Shown: in pieces, positions 7,044 through 13,276 of the stretch
How positions within the stretch are numbered: the stretch's first letter is position 1
Layout of the letters: every line of letters begins with the position of its first letter
IMG/VR virus record: IMGVR_UViG_3300032266_000445
Location: 1-26,124 of that record
Direction: 5' to 3' (one strand)
DNA: 26,124 bases
Origin: a virus
Lineage: Duplodnaviria; Caudoviricetes
The notes under the pieces: generated by a model
The model's input: the letters and a program-made list of their open reading frames with translations, nothing else
Told to the model about the DNA's origin: nothing
Databases searched by the model: none
Made by a program: the position numbers and the translations under genes

Positions 7044-10000
7044 TGGCTGAGAGTAAGTGTCCACTTCCCACACAGGACATCAAAACCAATCTCGCCAATC
7101 GCCAAAAGGCTATTGATGTAGCACACTACGGCCCCGCAAATCCCAAGGAGCCGAATGAAGAATACTGGACAGCGAAGGCTAAAATCTTCGGTGGTTCGGT
7201 TAAAGAAGCCAAGACGATGCGTTGCGGTAATTGCGCTGGATTCAATCAAACAAGCAAGCTTATAGACTGCATCAGCAAAGGGATTGGAACAGACGCACAG
7301 GAAGTCGAGCAAGCTGGGGATCTGGGCTATTGCGAAATATTTGATTTTAAATGCGCTTCACTTAGAACTTGCGATGCTTGGATTGTGGGTGGCCCGATTA
7401 CTGACAAGACCAACCTAGAACAGCTAAAAGCCGATTTATTGTCACTAAAGGAACAGGGAGCCACACTTCTTTACGATCCTTCACAGGCTAGAGATGAATC
7501 TGGAAGGTGGAGTGATGGTGGCGGTGGGTTCAAGGGCAAACTTATTGAGAAGGCTCAAAAGGAAAATCCATCCCTAGATATGGCAAAATCGAGCGTAAAA
7601 GGGGCTATAAAGGGCGTTGTTGCTATTGCCAATGGAGCTAGGGTTGCTGGTCAATATGGGGCTTCTAAAGCCTATCAGATCAAAAATTGGCTTTCCAGCG
7701 ATAGTGGTCAGAGATTCTTGCATGGCGTGGCTAGGGTAATGAGCGTTGGCTCTAAAGGTGCTATCGAAGCAATTAAAAGCGCACATGGAGATAGGTACAG
7801 AATTCTTATTGGAACACTGATCAATCCAGAACTAGGAGCCGTTATTGCAAGCCAATCTGCCTTTAAAGGATTCGTAAGAGGCGCAGTAGCCGAGTACAAT
7901 AAAATCGAGGGCGGGAGACAGGTATCAAATATCGTCCGTAAAGGAATTGGAATTCGCCCCATGTCGGCACAGGGTAATGTTGTAATGCTCGAAAAAGATC
8001 CAGACATGAACGATGTGGCAGACTATTTAGCAGATAATATTGCCGTTGCGATTCGTGAGGAAATCGAGGGGAAACGGATATTCGAGGTCGCTACTTTTGC
8101 ATACGATCCAAACCAAGAGAGAGATCAATCTGGCAAATGGACTTCGGGCGGCGGCAAGGGTGGTGAAATCCTAGTCTCTCCAAACATCAAAGAGAACATG
8201 AACTACGAAGAGGCGAAGAAAATGACCGATTCGTCAGAACACGCCAGAGCCGTAAGCATAGCAAAAGATGTTATCAAAAAGCAGGGAATGGATGGTAAAA
8301 TTGAATCTGGCGTTGGAGACTGGGAGGATGGTGCAGAAAATTCCATTAAAATCGATGTTAAGGGAGTAAAGGACTTTAATCAACTTGAATACACGGCATC
8401 CAAATTGGGAGCCATGTTGAATCAAAAAGCAGTCGTGGCTTTCCAGAAAAAGAAGGATGGCCCCGACATTCTGCATAAGATCTCGGCAGACAAGCCTATG
8501 GATCAAGTCAGAAAAATGTTGTCCGATAACGGAATCAGTTTTAGAACAATGGTAGGTGACAGAGCTAAGACTAGCGTAACAATCCTCGACAAAGGATCGC
8601 AGTTGACGGCTAATGTTGCCAAATTTCTAGGAGCAATAAATGGAAAATCAGAAGCAGTCAGAGGCGTTGGAGAATTCATCGGAGGAGACACAAGAATTGC
8701 AGGTAAAAAAGCCTACAAAGGAATCATTGACAACTACGAGCGATCTTTCCCGAATCGAGTTCATCTCGGATTACAACGAAGGGGAGGGCGTAATTATTAC
8801 AGGAGCTATCAAGCGATAGAATTCTACGATCCAAGTCAGCAAAGGGATAAGTCTGGGAAGTGGACTGGTGGGGGTGGAATAGCTCAAGGAGCCACACCTA
8901 CACCAAGGTGGGCGCAAGACAATCCAGCGGAGGCGAGCAAGAAGACTGGAGAAGCTACTACTCTTTATCACGGAACATCGGCAGATGTGCTTAAAACCAT
9001 ACGAAAAGATGGCCTAAAACCCTCTAAAAGTGGCGTTTGGGGTGGTGGCAAGGTGTACAGCACGGACAGTTTGGATCTAGCCATGGAATACGGCGTATTG
9101 CGTTCTGGTACTGCTCCAAAAATCGGAGGCAAACAGCTTATTGGAATTATCAGCGTTCTAGCGGAAGGCTTCAAGAGCGTTGCCGATAATATCCCAACAA
9201 CTAAGGCTCAAAAGATGGGCAAGACTGGCTTGGCGGCTGTATCAAAAATCTTTACAAAAAATGGTGGAGTTGCCCCAAGTGCTATCAAGAAAATGCAGAT
9301 CTTCGATGTCGATTCGATTAGGAAATATGTCTATGAGAACGGCCCCAAACCATCGCCCCTAGCGACAAAAGAATTGGCAGAGGGAAGCCAGTTGATATAT
9401 GTACCCATCGTCATTCAACTACCAGATGACGGCTCCGAGGGATTCCAGTTTGACGATGCCGTTGCAGTCGAGTCATTCGTATTTCAATACAACGGAGAGA
9501 AGATTGAATTCTATGACCCGAATCAGCCAAGGGATGAAAAAGGCAGATGGGCTGGGGGTGGTGGAGGAGTTAAGTCATCCAAGGCATCGGGTAGAGCAAA
9601 ACAAGTTTCCGAAACAAGCGAACCAAGCGAAAACGAAGATGTCGATTCAATGGTGAAACGGCTTGAGAACGAGCCAAAAGCCAGAAAAGCCATCTCCGAT
9701 ATGAATAAGCTACGGCAACAAACAGCAGATCGAGAGGGCATATCATTTGATGACGCAAGCGTTACCAGATGGTCACTCCGAGATCCTTCCAGATATAAAC
9801 AGAGCAAGGATATTGTTGAAACCTTGCGAAATCCAACTCCTCATCACAGGGAATGGATTAACCAACAGGTGAAAGAAGGATTGAATCCAAACGCAAAATC
9901 AGAAAATCCAGTTGCGGTTATCCTTATGGGATCTCCAGCCAGCGGGAAGACAACGACTGGTCGTCCATTCGCAAACAAGATTCTGGGCGGTCAACAGGTG

Positions 10001-10462
10001 ACTACCATCGATCCAGACTCGATCAAAGCAAAGTCTCACGGATTCCAAGGCTGGAACGCTGGAGCTTTCCATGACGAATCAGCCATTATCGCAGAAAAGA
10101 TGATCATGCCAAGGGCAACACAAGAACGCCATAATATGCTCATTGATATTACTGGTCAGAATTCAACAAAGGTGTCTGAAATGGCTAAAAATCTGAAGGC
10201 ACTTGGGTACACAGTTGGAGTGGTGCATATCGATGTGGACGACAAAACGGCTCTAGGCAGGGCATCGCAGAGGTTCAATAAGCCTAACGGACGCTGGGTT
10301 CCACCTAGTTATATTAAGGGAGCCGCCGAAAAAGCCAGAAACACTTGGAATAAATTGACCAAAGAGAATCTTATTGATATAGGCTATCAAGTAGATGGGA
10401 ATGTATCGAGGTCGAAGGGCGAAGCACCAGTAAAGGAGACTTATGGAAAAATCTTTGAATGA
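7043..10462 (+). CDS. Multi-module (polyvalent) head-associated protein: Cys-rich, amphipathic, SAM-lyase-like, ART-fold and zeta-toxin-like kinase modules
   Basis: 1139 aa, TAATG-coupled to portal. Four YDPxQxRDxxG(R/K)W repeats; LYHGT...GLKPS...GKVYST...AMEY (ART fold); ILMGSPASGKTT...IDPDSIK...HDES...IDITG...GRWVP (zeta toxin family). Confidence 0.88.
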   Translation: MAESKCPLPTQDIKTNLANRQKAIDVAHYGPANPKEPNEEYWTAKAKIFGGSVKEAKTMRCGNCAGFNQTSKLIDCISKGIGTDAQEVEQAGDLGYCEIFDFKCASLRTCDAWIVGGPITDKTNLEQLKADLLSLKEQGATLLYDPSQARDESGRWSDGGGGFKGKLIEKAQKENPSLDMAKSSVKGAIKGVVAIANGARVAGQYGASKAYQIKNWLSSDSGQRFLHGVARVMSVGSKGAIEAIKSAHGDRYRILIGTLINPELGAVIASQSAFKGFVRGAVAEYNKIEGGRQVSNIVRKGIGIRPMSAQGNVVMLEKDPDMNDVADYLADNIAVAIREEIEGKRIFEVATFAYDPNQERDQSGKWTSGGGKGGEILVSPNIKENMNYEEAKKMTDSSEHARAVSIAKDVIKKQGMDGKIESGVGDWEDGAENSIKIDVKGVKDFNQLEYTASKLGAMLNQKAVVAFQKKKDGPDILHKISADKPMDQVRKMLSDNGISFRTMVGDRAKTSVTILDKGSQLTANVAKFLGAINGKSEAVRGVGEFIGGDTRIAGKKAYKGIIDNYERSFPNRVHLGLQRRGGRNYYRSYQAIEFYDPSQQRDKSGKWTGGGGIAQGATPTPRWAQDNPAEASKKTGEATTLYHGTSADVLKTIRKDGLKPSKSGVWGGGKVYSTDSLDLAMEYGVLRSGTAPKIGGKQLIGIISVLAEGFKSVADNIPTTKAQKMGKTGLAAVSKIFTKNGGVAPSAIKKMQIFDVDSIRKYVYENGPKPSPLATKELAEGSQLIYVPIVIQLPDDGSEGFQFDDAVAVESFVFQYNGEKIEFYDPNQPRDEKGRWAGGGGGVKSSKASGRAKQVSETSEPSENEDVDSMVKRLENEPKARKAISDMNKLRQQTADREGISFDDASVTRWSLRDPSRYKQSKDIVETLRNPTPHHREWINQQVKEGLNPNAKSENPVAVILMGSPASGKTTTGRPFANKILGGQQVTTIDPDSIKAKSHGFQGWNAGAFHDESAIIAEKMIMPRATQERHNMLIDITGQNSTKVSEMAKNLKALGYTVGVVHIDVDDKTALGRASQRFNKPNGRWVPPSYIKGAAEKARNTWNKLTKENLIDIGYQVDGNVSRSKGEAPVKETYGKIFE
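7472..7528 (+). repeat. Peptide tag copy 1: YDPSQARDESGRW-SDGGGG
   Basis: In frame at Y144 of 7043..10462. Confidence 0.92.
8102..8155 (+). repeat. Peptide tag copy 2: YDPNQERDQSGKW-TSGGG
   Basis: In frame at Y354. Confidence 0.92.
8640..8819 (+). CDS. Nested +1-frame 59-aa ORF inside the polyprotein gene (candidate antidote)
   Basis: AGGAG (8629-8633) 6 nt before ATG 8640; MENQKQSEALENSSEETQELQVKKPTKESLTTTSDLSRIEFISDYNEGEGVIITGAIKR; TAG 8817-8819 ends just before tag copy 3. Confidence 0.5.
   Translation: MENQKQSEALENSSEETQELQVKKPTKESLTTTSDLSRIEFISDYNEGEGVIITGAIKR
8825..8878 (+). repeat. Peptide tag copy 3: YDPSQQRDKSGKW-TGGGG
   Basis: In frame at Y595. Confidence 0.92.
9512..9568 (+). 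repeat. Peptide tag copy 4: YDPNQPRDEKGRW-AGGGGG
   Basis: In frame at Y824. Confidence 0.92.
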
Positions 10463-10601
10463 TCTTGGCAAAGATTGGAAGAAGGCTGATGATGATTCGA
10501 TGGATCGGATCAATGAAGCATTAAAGCAGACGCCAGAGGAGACGAAGGCGTTTATCGACTCCGTTCTCGGCTCTGGAGCCTATGATCGTCTTGGCAGTTA
10601 A
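10443..10601 (+). CDS. Small acidic 52-aa protein overlapping the end of the zeta module (candidate antitoxin)
   Basis: AAGGAG at 10433-10438, ATG 10443, MEKSLNDLGKDWKKADDDSMDRINEALKQTPEETKAFIDSVLGSGAYDRLGS, TAA 10599-10601. Fills the gap to the convergent gene exactly; absent from the ORF track. Confidence 0.7.
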   Translation: MEKSLNDLGKDWKKADDDSMDRINEALKQTPEETKAFIDSVLGSGAYDRLGS

Positions 10602-11410
10602 GCCAACCGAGTCGGCCACTGGTTGAAGGGGAGTCCGTGCTTCGAGAAATTTAGAATCACCTTGGTGTTCCAAACATATTCGCCCTTGGTCGTAGCCACG
10701 ATCACTTGACCGCCATCCCAAGGGTTGATGTTGCCCCTGTAAGTTGTGGAAACGATTTTTTCATAGGACTTGCGACTGGCGATCTCTTCCTCGGTTTTCT
10801 GGACGATTTTGCAAGCAAAGGAATCACAGGCAGATTTGGCATAATCCCTTGCGTCTTTTTCAATCTTTTCAGTAAGGTTATTTTTCTTAACTGCCTTTTT
10901 AGGAGCGTTAGGACGATAATCATCTTTAAGAGTTTCGAAGTTCCAGAAACGGCCATATGTCTGCCTAAATTCCGAATATTCAATCTCGTCTTTTTTGTCC
11001 GAAAAGCGAGAAACAAAACGGAACAAATATGGAGAAGGAAGAGACTTAAAGAACTCGTCTTGTTTAACAAGGCGTTCATTATCATTTTTAATAATGGATT
11101 CAGCCAAGGCTTTTTCAACAGGAACCAAAAGCTTGCGAAGGGTGGAAGCAAGACCCTCGATCCGCTTCTGCTCAACCTCCTTGGAATTTTTCTTGGATTC
11201 ACGAAGAGCCTTGCGTTCCTCCTTGGCATACTTTTCTAAGCTATTGAAAGCCGCCGTATAAAGATTATTTATAACCAGCCAATTTAAACCATTTTTTGCT
11301 TTCTGATATTCGGCTCGGAGCAGGGGAACAATCACCGATAGCTCGTCCTTCGATAGCTTGCGGATTTCCGAGGGCTTCAGCCGTTTGATGTCTTGGATGT
11401 TTTTGATCAT
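10598..11410 (-). CDS. Hypothetical protein (early-type, leaderless)
   Basis: 270 aa, Lys-rich and helical with beta-rich C-terminus (ILNFSKHGLPFNQWPTR). Near-consensus promoter ends 6 nt before the ATG. Confidence 0.82.
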   Translation of the reverse strand: MIKNIQDIKRLKPSEIRKLSKDELSVIVPLLRAEYQKAKNGLNWLVINNLYTAAFNSLEKYAKEERKALRESKKNSKEVEQKRIEGLASTLRKLLVPVEKALAESIIKNDNERLVKQDEFFKSLPSPYLFRFVSRFSDKKDEIEYSEFRQTYGRFWNFETLKDDYRPNAPKKAVKKNNLTEKIEKDARDYAKSACDSFACKIVQKTEEEIASRKSYEKIVSTTYRGNINPWDGGQVIVATTKGEYVWNTKVILNFSKHGLPFNQWPTRLA

Positions 11411-11416
11411 GGGAGG

Positions 11417-11445
11417 AGTGTACTACGAAACGGCTTCGGAGTCAA
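11417..11445 (-). promoter_or_regulatory. Sigma70-like promoter (leftward), leaderless
   Basis: Minus strand TTGACT-17 nt-TACACT-6 nt-ATG(11410); A/T tracts upstream (UP-element-like). Confidence 0.8.
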
Positions 11446-11493
11446 CAAAAAAATAAAATAATTTTAGGGGGGTAAAAAAAGATTAAATAATGC

Positions 11494-11522
11494 TTGCCAA
11501 GCGGGTTGGAATGATGTAGAGT
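11494..11522 (+). promoter_or_regulatory. Sigma70-like promoter (rightward), leaderless
   Basis: TTGCCA(11494-11499)-17 nt-TAGAGT(11517-11522)-6 nt-ATG(11529). Confidence 0.8.
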
Positions 11523-11528
11523 ACCACC

Positions 11529-12047
11529 ATGACAAATGAACAAACCAGAATCCAGATTGACGGAAAAAGTTACCCAGTCGGAAACAAGCATGGAGTTCCT
11601 CAAGTCAAAACCGATGGCGGGTTGAGCAAAACACGATTGAAAGAATATCGTGATTGCACCATTCGTGCCTTGGCTTTGACTGCCAGCATCGAATACGGCG
11701 TGGCTCATAAAATCGGCAAGGATGCAGGACGGCAGAGACGGCGGGGGTTCCACTGCCAGACGCTTTTGGATCAAGCCCAGAAAAGCGGTATCTTATTTTC
11801 CAGAATCATTGGAAGGGGCAAGGATCTGAATCTTGTTTCAGCCCCAGTAACAATTGGTGAATTCATAAAAAATCATCCAACTGGTAAATTCTATTGTCGC
11901 CGTAGCGGTCATGCCTTTGCGGTAGTCGATGGAATCATCCTCGACAATATCCGCAACACTCCCCGCCAGCGGATCACGGACGCATGGGAGTTTATTCTCA
12001 AGACCGAAAATAATGCTTGCCAACCAGCTTTGAATGTAGTAGAGTAA
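11529..12047 (+). CDS. Putative papain/C39-like fold protein (Cys-His-Asp)
   Basis: RDCTIRALAL...GHAFAVVDGIILD pattern gives a candidate Cys/His/Asp triad. Confidence 0.6.
   Translation: MTNEQTRIQIDGKSYPVGNKHGVPQVKTDGGLSKTRLKEYRDCTIRALALTASIEYGVAHKIGKDAGRQRRRGFHCQTLLDQAQKSGILFSRIIGRGKDLNLVSAPVTIGEFIKNHPTGKFYCRRSGHAFAVVDGIILDNIRNTPRQRITDAWEFILKTENNACQPALNVVE
12017..12045 (+). promoter_or_regulatory. Sigma70-like promoter, second copy
   Basis: TTGCCA(12017-12022)-17 nt-TAGAGT(12040-12045); shares AATAATGCTTGCCAA and GTAGAGTA with the 11494 promoter. Confidence 0.8.
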
Positions 12048-12074
12048 GGCCAACAAAGAAAGGAACCAGAAACC

Positions 12075-12416
12075 ATGAACAACCAAACAAAAACCATCAA
12101 AGAAATCCCGATTGAGGGAAAACCAAATCACTTCTACAAAATCAATCTGTTCTACAGCAAGGGCGGGTTGAATTACTTCAACTACAAAAGAGAAGAGCGT
12201 GGCTACTACTTGTCGGTAAAGGCAGTCGAGCAACGGCAGGAGGTCGGGTATGTAGTCGAAAGCTATGTGGCTTTCAACGGTGTGAAGCAATTCATCAAGA
12301 CAGCGAAACGATTCAGTCAGAGTGTGCTGGATGAGTTGGCCTCTAAAAACTACGATCAGACCATCGCTCACTTCGTCAAATACATCGAGGATCGGAATCT
12401 GCAATTGGCGGTTTAA
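12075..12416 (+). CDS. Hypothetical protein (early-type)
   Basis: AGAAAGGA SD at 12057-12064; aromatic-rich YSKGGLNYFNY...RGYYLSV. Confidence 0.85.
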   Translation: MNNQTKTIKEIPIEGKPNHFYKINLFYSKGGLNYFNYKREERGYYLSVKAVEQRQEVGYVVESYVAFNGVKQFIKTAKRFSQSVLDELASKNYDQTIAHFVKYIEDRNLQLAV

Positions 12417-12434
12417 CCAGAAAGGAATATAACA

Positions 12435-12650
12435 ATGAACAACCAAGTTAAAAAAATTAAAAGCTACACCTACTTCTTTAAGGATGGTGGATGGAACACT
12501 GCGTCTGGCATCAACCGTAGGGATGCCTATAAAAACGCTCGCAATAGGTGGCTAAAAGAAGATCCAAAACTTGTGGATCAAGTCGATAAGGACAGCTTCC
12601 ATATTGCAAGCAAGGAGGAAGAGGAAAAACTCCTATCGAACTTTTGGTAA
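12435..12650 (+). CDS. Hypothetical protein (early-type)
   Basis: AGAAAGGA SD at 12419-12426; 71 aa. Confidence 0.8.
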   Translation: MNNQVKKIKSYTYFFKDGGWNTASGINRRDAYKNARNRWLKEDPKLVDQVDKDSFHIASKEEEEKLLSNFW

Positions 12651-12680
12651 GCAACCCGAAACCCAGAAAGGAACATAACC

Positions 12681-12956
12681 ATGAACAGCAAACAAGAGAG
12701 AGCATTGAAAGCAATCAATCAACTTGGTATTCTGCCGTCCAGAATATTCCAGTTGTACGGTTCCCAGAACAGTAATGTCCGTCAATATCTGCTGTGGGCA
12801 ATCACAGGCGATAAGCCAACCAAGGCAAAGGCTGGCTATTACAAGGTGATTGAAGTACTCTATCGGGTATTCGAGGTCGATCCCAAGAGTTGCAGTTGCA
12901 CGGCAGTAGCGGAAACAACGCTTGAGCAGAAGATCGCAAGCTTATTGCCAGTATAA
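12681..12956 (+). CDS. Hypothetical protein (early-type)
   Basis: AGAAAGGA SD at 12665-12672; 91 aa. Confidence 0.8.
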   Translation: MNSKQERALKAINQLGILPSRIFQLYGSQNSNVRQYLLWAITGDKPTKAKAGYYKVIEVLYRVFEVDPKSCSCTAVAETTLEQKIASLLPV

Positions 12957-12965
12957 GGAGGCCAC

Positions 12966-13184
12966 ATGAACACGATCACCATAAATCTACCAGATGATCT
13001 CAAGGCTGTCTTAAAATGCGATAGGGCAATCGAGGTGGATGAGAATATCTGGGTATTGCTGGGTCGAGATGGTAGGCAAGTCTGGCCTCATCGGGTCGAA
13101 TGCGATACCGAGTACGGCGCAATCGTGCAGGTCAAAAGTCGAATCGAGGGTAAGCTTGCTGAACTTGCGGAAGTAAATCCATGA
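12966..13184 (+). CDS. Hypothetical protein (early-type)
   Basis: TAAGGAGG SD just upstream; 72 aa. Confidence 0.8.
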   Translation: MNTITINLPDDLKAVLKCDRAIEVDENIWVLLGRDGRQVWPHRVECDTEYGAIVQVKSRIEGKLAELAEVNP

Positions 13185-13276
13185 ACTATCGGGATCTAAA
13201 ATACATCTGTATAGGGTGGATTCTAGCCAGCTTCTTTTATATGCTGGTGATGCACTTTGTATTCAAGCTTTTCTAG
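13181..13276 (+). CDS. 31-aa single-pass membrane peptide
   Basis: ATGA-coupled to the upstream stop; MNYRDLKYICIGWILASFFYMLVMHFVFKLF; TAG overlaps the convergent stop (CTAG 13273-13276). Confidence 0.6.
   Translation: MNYRDLKYICIGWILASFFYMLVMHFVFKLF

Noticed and set aside
8603-8630. TTGACG upstream of the nested ORF as an internal promoter
   Set aside because: No acceptable -10 box at 16-18 nt spacing.
7472-9568. The four tag repeats as a CRISPR array or DNA-level repeat
   Set aside because: Spacing is 630-720 nt, copies are in frame and differ at synonymous positions, so conservation is at the peptide level.
9180-9656. +1-frame ORFs 9180..9362 and 9399..9656 as nested antidotes of the ART module
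   Set aside because: No well-spaced SD, composition typical of shadow frames, and the second crosses tag 4; much weaker than the 8640 and 10443 ORFs.
10702-11261. Long alternative-frame and antisense ORFs (175, 177 and 88 aa) over 10598..11410
   Set aside because: Shadow ORFs without RBS or promoter; the 270-aa frame has the promoter and natural composition.
11838-12446. 202-aa minus-strand ORF
   Set aside because: Antisense to two plus-strand genes with clear promoter and SD signals.
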